DNA of 64,000 bases from Steroidobacteraceae bacterium (GCA_036494725.1 DASXNX010000116.1:794-64793), one strand, 5' to 3'; positions 36,687 through 47,285 are shown, counted from the first letter of the stretch. Notes: generated by a model from the letters alone, not told the origin. Made by a program: numbers and translations.

Positions 36687-37547
36687 TCACACGATCTTGG
36701 CGGGGTCGCCGTCGGACATGCGCCTGAACACCCCCTGTAACAACGACCAGTAACTCGCCGGCCTGAATCGCTGGATGATGTCCAGCAAGCGCGCGTCGCC
36801 GCCGATGAGAATGCGCGGTTCGTTGCGTTCGATGCCGCGCACGATTCTTTGCGCGGCCGCCGCGGGAGTGGTTCTTGCCATTTGTTCGAAGCGGTCCCCG
36901 ATATCATTCTCAGCGGGGACCTCGCGCAGATGAGCGCCGGCCCGGGCTTTGCGTGCGATATTGGTCTTGACTCCGCCGGGATGCACCACCGACAAACGCA
37001 CCGGACTGTTGGCGGTAGCCAGCTCGTGGCGCAGCGCTTCGGAAAATCCGCGCACCGCGAACTTCGCGGCTGAGTAGGCCGTCTGTCCCGCGGGCGCGAT
37101 GATTCCAAAAATACTCGAGATATTGACGATATGCGCCTCGGGCCGGCTTCGCAGCTGCGGCAGGAAAGCGCGCGTGCCGTGCACCACGCCCCAGAAATTG
37201 ATTCCCATCAGCCATTCCAGTTGCGCTTGATCGTACTCTTCGAATTGACCCAGCAACGCGACGCCGGCGTTGTTGATGAGAATGTTGACGGCAGGAAAAT
37301 CGGCGATCGCGGCCTCCGCGAATGCATGGATCTGCCCGGGATCGCCCACATCGACACGGCGCGTCGTGACCCGCCGCGGGCCGCCGGAGGCGATTTCCTT
37401 GGCAAGCGACTCCAAGCCCGCGGTGTCGAGGTCGCAAAGAGCAAGATCGCAGCCTCGAGCCGCTAATTCCAGCGCAAGCGCACGTCCGATGCCGCTCGCT
37501 GCCCCGGTTATGGCGGCCGCGGATCCCTGGAAATTAAAATTCCGCAC
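36687..37547 (-). CDS. SDR family oxidoreductase
   Basis: TGAASGIGRA cofactor motif, NNAG, catalytic YSAAKFAV. Confidence 0.85.
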   Translation of the reverse strand: MRNFNFQGSAAAITGAASGIGRALALELAARGCDLALCDLDTAGLESLAKEIASGGPRRVTTRRVDVGDPGQIHAFAEAAIADFPAVNILINNAGVALLGQFEEYDQAQLEWLMGINFWGVVHGTRAFLPQLRSRPEAHIVNISSIFGIIAPAGQTAYSAAKFAVRGFSEALRHELATANSPVRLSVVHPGGVKTNIARKARAGAHLREVPAENDIGDRFEQMARTTPAAAAQRIVRGIERNEPRILIGGDARLLDIIQRFRPASYWSLLQGVFRRMSDGDPAKIV

Positions 37548-37568
37548 ATGTCACCCCTTTAGTGTTGT

Positions 37569-38813
37569 TCACATCGCCGCTTGCGGCTGTGGCGCGCGTT
37601 GCACCCTTGCCAGCAGCAGAGCAGCCGCCGCCAAAAAAAGACTGGCGACAAAAAAACCGGCGCCCGGGAAATAGACCGGCGCATCGCGGCCGGTAAAGTA
37701 GCCGAAGAGATTCGAGAGCAGCGGCGGCGCGGCCACCGAGGTCAAGCTGCCGAGACTGGCGAGCGCCCCTTGTAGCTCGCCCTGCTCGGTGGGTCCCACC
37801 TGTCTGGACATGATGGCATTGATCGCCGGCCCGCTCAGGCCCATCAAGACAAATACCGCCATCCATCCATAGAGCATCCAGCCCTGGGTCGCAAACGCGT
37901 ACCCCATGAAGCCGATGGCCCCGCAGGCGAGCCCGAGATAGGCGGATCGAACCTCTCCCAGACGCGGCACGGCAATCCGAGGAACGAAGCTGTAGACCAG
38001 CGTCAACATGGCGCCGATGACCATCAACGAATATCCCACCTGTGCGGATGACCAATTGAATTTCAGCATCGTGTAATAGGTCCACAGCACGGGATTGGCG
38101 TCATGCGCAAGACGCATCAGTACCGTGACGCCGAACAGGCCGAGCATGGTGGGAAAGCGGCGCAATGCCATCAGCGCTCCAAGAGGGTTGGCGCGCCAAA
38201 ATTCGAACTTGCGCCGATTTTCCTTGGGAAGGGATTCCTTCAGGACGACAGAGCCGTAGAGCGCGTTGCAGAAAGCAATGGCCGCCGCGACATAAAACGG
38301 CAATCTGGCCCCGTATTGCCCGAGCAATCCTCCGATGGCCGGCCCGATGACGAACCCGATACCGAACGCAGCTCCCACCAGGCCGAAGTTCGCGGCCCGC
38401 TTCTCCGGCGGACTCACATCGGCAATATATGCATTTGCCGTGGGATATGCCGCGCCCGCAACGCCGGCGAGGAAGCGGCCGATGAACAGCCACAGAATCG
38501 TGGGTGCCAGGGCGGTAACCAGGTAGTCGACGCCCAGCATCCCCAAGGATGCAATCAAGACCGGGCGCCGCCCGAACCGGTCGCTAAGGCTGCCTATCGC
38601 CGGCGCGCAGATGAACTGCATGAGCGCGTAAACGAAATACAACCAGCCGCCCCAGCGCGCAGCTTCGCTCATCCCCTGCCCCGTCAACTCGACGATGAGC
38701 TTGGGCGTCACCGGAATGATGATGCCGAGCCCGATGGTATCCACGAGCATGGTGATGAAAATGAACACCAGCGCGTGCCGACTGGTCCGGGGCTCAGACA
38801 TCGCCTGCTCCAT
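37569..38813 (-). CDS. TCR/Tet-family MFS efflux transporter
   Basis: LVFIFITMLVDTIGLGIIIPVTP...GSLSDRFGRRPVL is typical of TetA-like MFS. ATG 38801 is an alternative start. Confidence 0.8.
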   Translation of the reverse strand: MEQAMSEPRTSRHALVFIFITMLVDTIGLGIIIPVTPKLIVELTGQGMSEAARWGGWLYFVYALMQFICAPAIGSLSDRFGRRPVLIASLGMLGVDYLVTALAPTILWLFIGRFLAGVAGAAYPTANAYIADVSPPEKRAANFGLVGAAFGIGFVIGPAIGGLLGQYGARLPFYVAAAIAFCNALYGSVVLKESLPKENRRKFEFWRANPLGALMALRRFPTMLGLFGVTVLMRLAHDANPVLWTYYTMLKFNWSSAQVGYSLMVIGAMLTLVYSFVPRIAVPRLGEVRSAYLGLACGAIGFMGYAFATQGWMLYGWMAVFVLMGLSGPAINAIMSRQVGPTEQGELQGALASLGSLTSVAAPPLLSNLFGYFTGRDAPVYFPGAGFFVASLFLAAAALLLARVQRAPQPQAAM

Positions 38814-38816
38814 CGC

Positions 38817-39806
38817 TCATCGTCTAGCCTCGAGTCGCCCTTTGCGCCACTGGCTCGGCGGCGCACCGACCACTTTCTTGAAGGTCCGGCTGAAAGCCGC
38901 CTCGGATTCGTAACCCACCCGGCCGGCGATTGCGGCCACGCTCTCCGTGCCGCCCAGCAGGTGATTCGCCGCGAGCTGCATTCGCCAGTTCGTCAGGTAC
39001 TGCATCGGCGGCTGTCCGGTGAATTGCGTGAAGCGTTCCGCCAGCGCGGATCGCGACAAGCCCGCCTGTCGAGCCAGCGATTCGATGGTCCAGGCACGCG
39101 CCGGGTCGCGGTGGCATGCGGCCAGGGCGCGTCCGACGAAAGGATCACGCAGGCCGGCGAGCCAGTCCGTGCGATCCTCGGGCAATGTCTCCAGGTAGCG
39201 GCGAACTACATGGACGAACATCAATTCGCTGAGCCGTCCCAGCACGCATTGGCCGCCGATTCGCGGATCTTTCGACTCCGCCACAGCGGATCGCACATAG
39301 GAGGCCAGAACGCTGCCGGCCTGGTCCTGGATGACGATGACTCGAGGCAGCGCGGTAAGCAGCGGATTGTAGGGCCGCGCGTCGCAACCCAGAAAACCGC
39401 ACACGAAGTGCACCGATTGGCCCTTGGGATCGCCCTTCGGGTTACCCTTCGGGGTACCCATCGAGATGCTGACCGGCAAATGTCCATCGCGCGGCACCCG
39501 GTACATCGTCATGTCCGGCGTTTTGCGCAAACCGGGCGTGCTCGTCAACACGTGAGTGTCGCCATGCGGCAGGACGATGATGTCGCCTGCGGAGAGCCGC
39601 CGCGGGACCTCTCCGGGCATGCACGCCCAGCAACCGCCTTGGGTGATCACGTGATAGCAGATCAGGTGCTCGGAGCCGGGGAACATCGCGCTCACGATGG
39701 CATCGCCGGCAGGTGTCTCGGCCACCCAGGGTTCGGATGCCTGAATGTCGAAGAAGATGGCGCCGGTGAGTCGCACCGACTGCAGTACATCCGACAAAAT
39801 ATCCAT
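38817..39806 (-). CDS. AraC-family transcriptional regulator with N-terminal cupin domain
   Basis: MDILSDVLQSVRLTGAIFF (cupin_6/AraC_N type). C-terminal double HTH (LARQAGLSRSALAERF...IAGRVGYESEAAFSRTFKK). Confidence 0.85.
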   Translation of the reverse strand: MDILSDVLQSVRLTGAIFFDIQASEPWVAETPAGDAIVSAMFPGSEHLICYHVITQGGCWACMPGEVPRRLSAGDIIVLPHGDTHVLTSTPGLRKTPDMTMYRVPRDGHLPVSISMGTPKGNPKGDPKGQSVHFVCGFLGCDARPYNPLLTALPRVIVIQDQAGSVLASYVRSAVAESKDPRIGGQCVLGRLSELMFVHVVRRYLETLPEDRTDWLAGLRDPFVGRALAACHRDPARAWTIESLARQAGLSRSALAERFTQFTGQPPMQYLTNWRMQLAANHLLGGTESVAAIAGRVGYESEAAFSRTFKKVVGAPPSQWRKGRLEARR

Positions 39807-39924
39807 CGATCTCTCCGCGGACGATCGAGCAAGATCGCCGGACGAGTGGTCATTCTATTGTCGACAGCCCGTGGCTAGACTGCCTATCGCTGCACAATCC
39901 ATCGATATTACAGGGAGATTCAAT

Positions 39925-40359
39925 GTGAGTACCGAAAACAACCACAAGGGCGGCTGCTTTTGCGGCGAGGTGCAATTCGAAGTTTCAGGTCAGCCGGTGG
40001 CAATGGGGTATTGCCACTGCGAATCTTGCCGTCACTGGTCGGCGGGTCCGGTGAACGCATTTACCCTGTGGAATCCTCAATCCCTGAAAGTAACCCAGGG
40101 TAGCGCGAGTATCGGCACCCACAACAAGACCCCGATCAGTTTCCGCAAGTGGTGCAAGAAATGCGGCGGCCATCTATTCACCGATCACCCCACCATGGGA
40201 TTAGTGGACGTCTATGCGGCAATGCTGCCCAAGCTGAAGTTCGATGCCGGCGTGCACGTGCACTATCAAGAGACCGTACTGCGCATTCATGACGGCAAAC
40301 CGAAATTCAAGGACATGCCGAAGGAAATGGGCGGATCGGGTGTGAACTTGACGGAGTAG
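39925..40359 (+). CDS. GFA (glutathione-dependent formaldehyde-activating/CENP-V) family protein
   Basis: Cys motifs CFCGEV, CHCESCRHWS and CKKCGGHLF. GTG start after GGGAGA. Confidence 0.8.
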   Translation: MSTENNHKGGCFCGEVQFEVSGQPVAMGYCHCESCRHWSAGPVNAFTLWNPQSLKVTQGSASIGTHNKTPISFRKWCKKCGGHLFTDHPTMGLVDVYAAMLPKLKFDAGVHVHYQETVLRIHDGKPKFKDMPKEMGGSGVNLTE

Positions 40360-40377
40360 CCGGGGCAGAAATCCGAG

Positions 40378-40401
40378 GGGTGCGGCGGATCCGCCGCACC
40401 C
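40378..40401. terminator. 24-bp perfect palindrome between convergent genes (possible bidirectional terminator)
   Basis: GGGTGCGGCGGATCCGCCGCACCC lies between the GFA stop (40359) and the UrcA stop (40412). No strong U-tract on either side. Confidence 0.45.
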
Positions 40402-40411
40402 TCTCGAGGCG

Positions 40412-40777
40412 CTAGCGGGCGGCCAGAATGATCGGCTTGGACTCCCCGTTCTTGGCGCTGTAGTAGGCGCTCAATGCCGGTTGGCCGGCGTTGTGCACGG
40501 CGTCTGAGATTGCCTTGTCGACGCAAGCTCCAAAGAGCCTCTGAGAACTGAGATCGCGCTTCTCGAAGCTTTGGCACACATTCTGCGCCGCCCACCGAAT
40601 TCGCGCGTAAAGCGCAACCGCACCCTCAGTGCTCGAAACGTTAAGATCGCTGTATTTCACCGTTTCCTGAGAAGCAGTGCCGTCGGCAGCATAACCCGCC
40701 GCAGCAAAGCTTCCGAGCAGAACGGTGAAAGTGGCGCCGGCGATGATGCGGCGAAAGTTGATGGTCTTGGTGTTCAT
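40412..40777 (-). CDS. UrcA family exported protein
   Basis: Signal peptide then VKYSDLNVSSTEGAVALYARIRWAAQNVC, the UrcA-type motif as I recall it. Confidence 0.7.
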   Translation of the reverse strand: MNTKTINFRRIIAGATFTVLLGSFAAAGYAADGTASQETVKYSDLNVSSTEGAVALYARIRWAAQNVCQSFEKRDLSSQRLFGACVDKAISDAVHNAGQPALSAYYSAKNGESKPIILAAR

Positions 40778-40927
40778 TGTCGTCTCCTGGATATGTCGAT
40801 GGTTTGATTGGGTTGGCAGATCGCTCGTTTTGCTGCCTCATTCATACAGACACGGTCCAATGGCTAAACCCGACATCGCAAGGTCATTTCGTGACATAGA
40901 TCGGGGGGACGCGTTATCTTGGGCCCG

Positions 40928-41479
40928 ATGAACCAGCTGACGCAGCTACTCGGGCGGATCCAAGCGGGGGATGCCGAGGCGCGGGATACGTTGTATGCGG
41001 CGGCCTACGCGGATCTTCATCGGATGGCCCGGGCGAGGCTGCGCGATGGCGGACGCGACGCGGTGCTCGATACCACCTGCCTGGTGCACGAATCCTATCT
41101 GCGGTTTGTACAGGCCGGCGACCTGCGGGCCGAGGACCGGCGGGCATTCTTCGCCTACGCCTCGCAGGTGATGCGCTCGGTTATTGTTAACAGCGTGCGC
41201 GAACGGATCGCCCAGAAACGCGGCGGCGATCGACTGCCGATCACGCTGTCGAGCTCAATTGCGGCCAATGTGCCGAGCGACGAAGATACGGTCCTGAAGG
41301 TGCATGAAGCGCTCGAGGACCTGGAAAAGGCGGACCCTCGGCTGGCTCAGGTGGCGCAGATGCGCTACTTCGGGGGCTACAGCGAGCAGGAGATCGCGGA
41401 GACGTTGGGCGTGACCGAACGGACGGTGCAACGCGACTGGGAAAAGGCCCGGCTGATACTCGCAGCGGCGCTGCGGTGA
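40928..41479 (+). CDS. ECF-type RNA polymerase sigma factor (TIGR02999-like, kinase-associated group)
   Basis: MNQLTQLLGRIQAGDAEARDTLYAAAYADLHRMARARLR...LDTTCLVHESYLRF matches the distinctive N-terminus of this ECF subfamily. Region 4 YFGGYSEQEIAETLGVTERTVQRDW. Confidence 0.85.
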   Translation: MNQLTQLLGRIQAGDAEARDTLYAAAYADLHRMARARLRDGGRDAVLDTTCLVHESYLRFVQAGDLRAEDRRAFFAYASQVMRSVIVNSVRERIAQKRGGDRLPITLSSSIAANVPSDEDTVLKVHEALEDLEKADPRLAQVAQMRYFGGYSEQEIAETLGVTERTVQRDWEKARLILAAALR

Positions 41480-41486
41480 GCCGTTG

Positions 41487-44378
41487 ATGACCCTGTCTGT
41501 TTCTCAAATGGCGGTCATGAGCCGCCTGCTCGACGAGGCACTGCCGCTGGATGAAGCAGGTCGGCGCCTGTGGCTCGAGGCACTGCCGGCCGAACACCAG
41601 GACCTTCGTCAATACTTGCGCGAGGCGCTGCTGTCGCCGCAAGAGCGAATCCCCCTTGACGGAATCGGCGGTGCGCTGGGCGAGGCTCTTAAACCCGGCG
41701 CGCGAATCGGTCCGTACGAGTTGCTTCGATGCCTAGGGGCCGGGGGTATGGCCGAGGTCTGGCTGGCGCGCAGAGCCGATGGCGCGTTCAAACGTGAGGT
41801 GGCCCTGAAGCTACCGATGTTCAGCCACCTGCGCGCGGATCTCGAGCAACGCTTTGCACGCGAGCGCGACATCCTGGCCAGCCTCGAGCACCCGCATATC
41901 GCGCGTCTCTACGATGCCGGAGTCGACCCCAAGGGCCTGCCGTATTTGTCGATGGAGTTCGTCCAAGGCGAGCCTCTGACCGACTGGTGCGATGCGCATC
42001 ATCTGGGAATTCGGGAACGCCTGGGATTGTTCCTGCAAGTCCTCGAGGCGGTTCAATACGCGCATGAGAAGCAGGTCATCCACCGGGATCTGAAACCATC
42101 GAACATCTTGGTGACCGAATCCGGGCAAGTGCGCCTGCTCGACTTCGGGATTGCGAAATTGCTGGAAACGGATGAAGCGCAGCTGGCACCGCTGACGAGC
42201 GTCTATGGCCGGGCATTGACGCCGGACTATGCGAGTCCGGACCTGCTGCGCGGCGATCCGATCGATGCACGCAGCGATATCTATTCACTGGGAGTACTGC
42301 TCTACGAAATGCTGACCGGAGTTCGGCCTTACCGGCTCAAGAGCGCCGCGTCGATCGGGGCGATCGAGCAGGCGGTCGCCATGATCGAAGTGAAAAAGCC
42401 GAGCATGCAGCACGATCAGGAAACGATCGCCGCCCGCGACACCACGCAGGAAAAACTGACCCGGCAACTGCAAGGAGACCTTGACGCCATCGCGCTCAAA
42501 GCGCTGGCGAAGGATCCGGCGAAGCGCTATCAAAGTGTCGCCGCCCTGGCGCAGGATCTGCGGCGCTACCTCCAGGGCCAGCCCGTCGAGGCTTTGCCGC
42601 CGCGATTCGCCGACAGGCTGCAAAAATTCGTGCGCCGGAATAAAGCCGTGGTAGGGATCAGCGCCACCGCGATCGCCGCGATTGTTGCGGCGACCGTGTT
42701 CCTTATTATGGCGCCGCAGCGCCGATCCGACAACGATCCGTTCGCGGAAGCCAAGGTCACACGACTCACGGACTTCACGGGAACGGAGCAGGCGGCCGCC
42801 ATCTCGCGCGATGGCCGGTACGTGGCATTTCTCGCCAACCGAGATGGGACAGTGGATGCTTGGTTGACGGAAGTCGGCGGCAATCGCTACCGCAATCTGA
42901 CCGAGGGAAAGATTCGCGACATGGCCAATGCCTCCGTTCGAACCGTCGGCTTTTCGCCCGATGGCGCGTTGGTGACGCTCTGGACACGCAACGGCGACGG
43001 ATCGCGGCCGGAGGATATCAATACCGTGGGTGCGCCGATCCCCGGTGGACCCTTGCAGAGCTATATGCCGGAGGTCGCCGAGTACGACTGGAGCGCGGAT
43101 GGTAAGCGGCTGGTCTTTCATACAACGGCGCCCGGCGATCCCCTCTTTGTGCGGGAATCCGGAGCAGCAAGGGCTCACCAGATCTACGTGGGGCCGCCGG
43201 GAATACACTGCCACTTTCCGATCTGGTCCAGCGACGGCGAGTTCATATATTTCATGCGCGGCGAACCGCCTGCGCACTGGGACGTCTGGCGAATGCGGCC
43301 TTCCGACACGGAGCCTGAGCGCATCACGTCGCACAATTCCAAGATGAGCTATCCGGTTGCGCTCGATCCTCGAACATTGATGTACTTGGCAACCGATGCC
43401 GACGGCTCGGGACCCTGGCTCTACGTCATGGACGTGCCGCAGCGGCGCGAGCGTCGCGTCAGTTTCGGTCTCGAGCGCTACACCTCGCTGGCGGCCAGTG
43501 CCAACGGCATGCGTCTGGTCGCCACCGTTTCGATTTCCAAATCGGATCTGTGGCGCGTAACGCTGGGCGCCAATCAACCGCCGCAGAAAACGGCCGTGGC
43601 GGTCGAGGCCGCGTCGCGCAATGCCTTCGCACCGCGCTTCGGGCCGGGCTATCTCGCCTACGCATCGGGCGGCGGCGGGCAGCGTGGAATCTGGAAACTA
43701 TCGAACGGCGCGGCAACCGAGCTATGGAGTGACCCCGGCGCGGACCGGGTCGGCGCTCCGGCGATCGCGCCGGACGGCAGGCGAATCGCCTTTCTTGTCG
43801 GGCGGCGCGATGTGACACAGTTGTACGTCATCGAGGGCGACGGGAGTAACCCGAAGGTGGTTTCCAGCACTCTGGACTTGCGCGGCGATTTGGCCTGGAG
43901 TCCCGATTCGCAATCAATCGTGGTTGCCGTCGCGCAGGGCGCCGAACCGCGCCTGGCAAGAATTCTGCTCGACGGCAGTCCCCCGCAAACGATTGCATCG
44001 GAGTATTCCATCGACCCGGTCTGGTCTCCGGACGGAAAGTTCTTTCTTTATTCAGGCGCAGACGTTGGCATGCGGTTCCCGCTGCGCGCGTCGAGTCCGG
44101 ACGGCAGACCCTACGGCATGGCCAGCCTGATCTTGACGCGGGGCGCGCGCCGCGTTGCCTTCGCCCGCGACTCAGGCTCGCTGGTCATCCTGCGCGGCGA
44201 GGTCGCTCACAAGAATTTCTGGCTCCTGGATCCTCACACCGGCATCGAGCGCCAGCTGACCGACTTGCCCGCCGATTTCGTCATCGGGGACTTCGATATC
44301 TCCCCGGATGGCAGTGAAATCATCTTCGATCGCGTCGAGGCTAGCTCGAGCATCGCCCTGATCGAGCGCGCGCGCTGA
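41487..44378 (+). CDS. Transmembrane Ser/Thr protein kinase with periplasmic TolB-like (PD40/WD40-like) beta-propeller
   Basis: Kinase motifs GAGGMAEVW, VALK, HRDLKPSNIL, DFGIAK. TM AVVGISATAIAAIVAATVFLIMA. C-terminal repeats of the S-x-DG-x-x-(V/I)-(A/V)-F type (ISRDGRYVAFL, FSPDGALVTL, WSADGKRLVF, IAPDGRRIAFL, WSPDSQSIVV, WSPDGKFFLY). Confidence 0.9.
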   Translation: MTLSVSQMAVMSRLLDEALPLDEAGRRLWLEALPAEHQDLRQYLREALLSPQERIPLDGIGGALGEALKPGARIGPYELLRCLGAGGMAEVWLARRADGAFKREVALKLPMFSHLRADLEQRFARERDILASLEHPHIARLYDAGVDPKGLPYLSMEFVQGEPLTDWCDAHHLGIRERLGLFLQVLEAVQYAHEKQVIHRDLKPSNILVTESGQVRLLDFGIAKLLETDEAQLAPLTSVYGRALTPDYASPDLLRGDPIDARSDIYSLGVLLYEMLTGVRPYRLKSAASIGAIEQAVAMIEVKKPSMQHDQETIAARDTTQEKLTRQLQGDLDAIALKALAKDPAKRYQSVAALAQDLRRYLQGQPVEALPPRFADRLQKFVRRNKAVVGISATAIAAIVAATVFLIMAPQRRSDNDPFAEAKVTRLTDFTGTEQAAAISRDGRYVAFLANRDGTVDAWLTEVGGNRYRNLTEGKIRDMANASVRTVGFSPDGALVTLWTRNGDGSRPEDINTVGAPIPGGPLQSYMPEVAEYDWSADGKRLVFHTTAPGDPLFVRESGAARAHQIYVGPPGIHCHFPIWSSDGEFIYFMRGEPPAHWDVWRMRPSDTEPERITSHNSKMSYPVALDPRTLMYLATDADGSGPWLYVMDVPQRRERRVSFGLERYTSLAASANGMRLVATVSISKSDLWRVTLGANQPPQKTAVAVEAASRNAFAPRFGPGYLAYASGGGGQRGIWKLSNGAATELWSDPGADRVGAPAIAPDGRRIAFLVGRRDVTQLYVIEGDGSNPKVVSSTLDLRGDLAWSPDSQSIVVAVAQGAEPRLARILLDGSPPQTIASEYSIDPVWSPDGKFFLYSGADVGMRFPLRASSPDGRPYGMASLILTRGARRVAFARDSGSLVILRGEVAHKNFWLLDPHTGIERQLTDLPADFVIGDFDISPDGSEIIFDRVEASSSIALIERAR
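44331..44366 (+). repeat. Left copy of a 36-bp imperfect direct repeat (inside the kinase 3' end)
   Basis: CGCGTCGAGGCTAGCTCGAGCATCGCCCTGATCGAG versus CGCGTCGAGGACAGTTCGAGCATCGCCCTGATCAAG at 49789-49824. 32/36 identical, including an exact 18-mer and an exact 10-mer. Confidence 0.85.
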
Positions 44379-44465
44379 CTATTCGGCCGCGGTGACGATT
44401 TGACGGCGGCGTAGAGCCGCCAGCCTTGCGTGCCGCAGAGCCATCAGTCTCTGGCGCAACGGGCA

Positions 44466-44493
44466 GGAACCGCTTATGCGGTTGAAGTTCTCA
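44466..44493 (+). promoter_or_regulatory. Candidate ECF-type promoter upstream of the first GH9-like gene
   Basis: GGAACCG-N16-TCTCA resembles the GGAACTT-N16-TCTGA architecture of RpoE-class ECF promoters. It lies 135 nt upstream of ATG 44628 and downstream of a hairpin (GGCGGC-GTAGA-GCCGCC, 44405-44421). Confidence 0.3.
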
Positions 44494-44627
44494 GAGCGCG
44501 AAGCTATGGTAGCGCTACCGTCGCCGATAGGCCATTCCGGCTATTCAGCGCTTCGGACGCAATATCGGCTGGTTGTCGTGCGGAGTCAGGCGGAAGCGAA
44601 GCGCCCCCACTCAGGAGCTAACTAGAA

Positions 44628-47285
44628 ATGTCCTCTTGCCGCCGAATGGACGCCGGATTCTCCGTGTGTCTCCTCCTGGCTATGACGGCCGCGTCAAGCG
44701 TGTTCGCCGCCGATTTTGCCATGGAGGTGACCGACAAGAACTATCTCGATACTCAGGGCTTTAGCGTCTTTCTGTACGACAGCAAGTATCATCCCGTTTT
44801 CGTAGATCAGAAGAACACGGCCCTGGAAATGATTCTCCACGGTCAGCGCATCGCAACCAACGGCGACGTGCGTCTCATGCCGACACCCGAGCAGTGGGAC
44901 TTGGTGGCAACCCTCAAAGGACGCGAGGCAGACAAGGCGAACAACCGGCTCACCGCCAGTCTGTCTTTCCCGTCCTTCGATGTCAGCTACACGATGGAGG
45001 TAGCCGCAGAACCGGGAGGCGTAAAGATCAGCGTCAATCTTGACAAGCCGCTACCGCCGAAACTCGTCGGGCGGGCCGGTTTCAATTTGGAATTCCTGCC
45101 CTCGATCTATATGGGCAAGGCATATCTCGTCGACGGATCCAACGCCGGTATTTTCCCACGAACGCCGAATGATCCGATGATCAAGGTGTTGCCGCTTTCC
45201 GATGAACCAAAAAAAGCCTACTACTTGGAGGATTGGGATAAGTCCAAGGGATACACCCAGCCGCTGCCATTTGCCGAGGGCAAAAGCATCACCTTAGGGG
45301 TCGACGATGCGTTGGCCCGGGTGAGCGTCGTGTCGGATACAGCGAACCTCATGCTCTTCGACGGGCGCAACCGCGCGCAAAACGGCTGGTTCGTTTTGCG
45401 TTCGCTGATTCCTTCGGGCAAGACCACCGGCGCCATTGTGTGGCATGTCAGGCCTGACGTGATTCCACGATGGACGCGTCCACCGATGATTGCGCACAGC
45501 CAGGTCGGCTACGCACCGGGGTTCTCCAAGGTGGCCGTACTCGAACTCGATCCGAAGTACACCGGACCGCGGACGGCCAAAGTGCTGCGCCTGACGGAAG
45601 GCGGCGTTTATCGGCAAGTATTTGAAGGCCCCATCACGCCCTCAACGCCTTGGCTGCGCTATGTCTACTCAAAATTCGATTTCACCACGGTCAACGACCC
45701 TGGCCTTTATGTCGTCGAATATGCCGATCAGCGTACGGCGCCCTTTCCCATTTCCAAGGATGCGTACGCCCGCATCTGGCAGGACAGCCTGGACCATCAC
45801 CTCGCGGCACAGATGGATCACGTTTCGGTGCGCGAAGCCTACCGCGTGTGGCACGGCGCCTCCCACTTGGATGACGGCCGCATGGCGCCCGTGGTGGGCG
45901 AGCAATTCGATAACTGGAATCAGGCTACGGCGAGGGACGGCAAGTACAAGGGCGGCGATCATATTCCTGGGATGAACGTGGGCGGCTGGTACGATGCGGG
46001 CGATTTCGACCTCGAGGAACCTGCGCAACTCAGCGTCATTCAGAGTCTGGCTCTGGCGTATCGCGAATTTAATCTCAAGTACGATGAACTAACCGTCGAT
46101 GAAGCCGCACGCCAGGTTGAGATGCATCGCCCCGATGGCGTGCCGGACACGGTTGAACAAGTCAAGCACGGTGCGTTGCTCATCTTGGCTCAATTCCACA
46201 ATATAGGCCACTCGATTCGCGGCACTCACGAACCGGACCTTCGCCAATATACGCATTTGGGCGATGGAGCCTCGAAGACCGATGGTCGCATCTACGATCC
46301 CAGACTAGGACCAAACGAAGTGAAGGGCGGCTACTCGGGCCGGCCGGATGACCGCTGGATTTTCACCACCACAAACGCGACTCTTCAATGGAACGCGATC
46401 GCTGCCCTGGCCGCAGCATCCGATGTGCTGAAGGGCTGGGATGACGCACTGTCAAAAGATTGCCTCGAAACCGCGATCAAGGCATGGAACAGCGAGAAAG
46501 CCAATCCAACGCCGCAACCGGCGGGCACCGGCTGGGACGAAGGAGCACCAGAGGATGCATCCGCAACCGGCGTACTGTCTGCATCACAGGGTGTGGTGTC
46601 TGGCCCTCAAACTCGTAGCAATGCTCCAAGCAAAAAAGCCCTCAACGGGCAGGACTGGGCCGCGGCTCTGGAACTGACGATAGCGACGAGCGGCGCAGAA
46701 CCCTATAAATCGCGTGTGAAGGAGTTGTTCCGACAGATGATCACTCCGCAGCAGATTGGCGTCCGTGGCTGGATGGCTGTCCGCGCGCTGCCATATCTGG
46801 ACGCCGGCTCGAAGGATGAAATGCGCGAAGCGGTGAAGACCTACCTCGCGGGCCTGGACAAGCAGTTGGACGCCACGCCGTTCGGCGTGCCTCCAAGTTT
46901 GGGCACCTGGGGTGGATCGGGCGCTGTGGTTGACATGGCCATCCGGATGTACTTTCTGCACAAGGCCTTTCCGGATGTTGTTGGCCCGGAATATACACTT
47001 CGCGCCGTCAATTACATTCTCGGCACGCACCCGGTCTCCAGCACTTCGTATGTAGCCGGCGTAGGCACGGTCTCCAAAACCCAGACATACAGCAACAACC
47101 GCGCGGATAATGCATACATACCCGGTGCCGTGATTCCGGGCTACGTGATCATCAAGCCGGATTTTCCAGAGTGCATCGATGACTTTGGATTTCTCTGGTT
47201 CGAGGATGAAGCCGTCGTTGCAGGATCAGCAAGCTGGGTCGTGGCCGGCAATGCGGCAGACGCCATCATTAAGGAACATCGCTAA
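44628..47285 (+). CDS. Exported GH9-like glycoside hydrolase with N-terminal unknown domain and CelD_N-type Ig domain (paralog 1)
   Basis: Signal peptide. Ig-like region AHSQVGYAPGFSKVAVLELDP. GH9 motif GGWYDAGDFD. C-terminal region SYVAGVG...NNRADNAYIPGAVIPG...WFEDEAVVAG. Confidence 0.75.
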   Translation: MSSCRRMDAGFSVCLLLAMTAASSVFAADFAMEVTDKNYLDTQGFSVFLYDSKYHPVFVDQKNTALEMILHGQRIATNGDVRLMPTPEQWDLVATLKGREADKANNRLTASLSFPSFDVSYTMEVAAEPGGVKISVNLDKPLPPKLVGRAGFNLEFLPSIYMGKAYLVDGSNAGIFPRTPNDPMIKVLPLSDEPKKAYYLEDWDKSKGYTQPLPFAEGKSITLGVDDALARVSVVSDTANLMLFDGRNRAQNGWFVLRSLIPSGKTTGAIVWHVRPDVIPRWTRPPMIAHSQVGYAPGFSKVAVLELDPKYTGPRTAKVLRLTEGGVYRQVFEGPITPSTPWLRYVYSKFDFTTVNDPGLYVVEYADQRTAPFPISKDAYARIWQDSLDHHLAAQMDHVSVREAYRVWHGASHLDDGRMAPVVGEQFDNWNQATARDGKYKGGDHIPGMNVGGWYDAGDFDLEEPAQLSVIQSLALAYREFNLKYDELTVDEAARQVEMHRPDGVPDTVEQVKHGALLILAQFHNIGHSIRGTHEPDLRQYTHLGDGASKTDGRIYDPRLGPNEVKGGYSGRPDDRWIFTTTNATLQWNAIAALAAASDVLKGWDDALSKDCLETAIKAWNSEKANPTPQPAGTGWDEGAPEDASATGVLSASQGVVSGPQTRSNAPSKKALNGQDWAAALELTIATSGAEPYKSRVKELFRQMITPQQIGVRGWMAVRALPYLDAGSKDEMREAVKTYLAGLDKQLDATPFGVPPSLGTWGGSGAVVDMAIRMYFLHKAFPDVVGPEYTLRAVNYILGTHPVSSTSYVAGVGTVSKTQTYSNNRADNAYIPGAVIPGYVIIKPDFPECIDDFGFLWFEDEAVVAGSASWVVAGNAADAIIKEHR

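Noticed and set aside
40778-40927. Looked for a GGAAC-type autoregulatory ECF promoter upstream of the sigma factor gene.
   Set aside because: No GGAAC or comparable -35/-10 pair is visible in the 150-nt spacer, so no promoter is annotated there.
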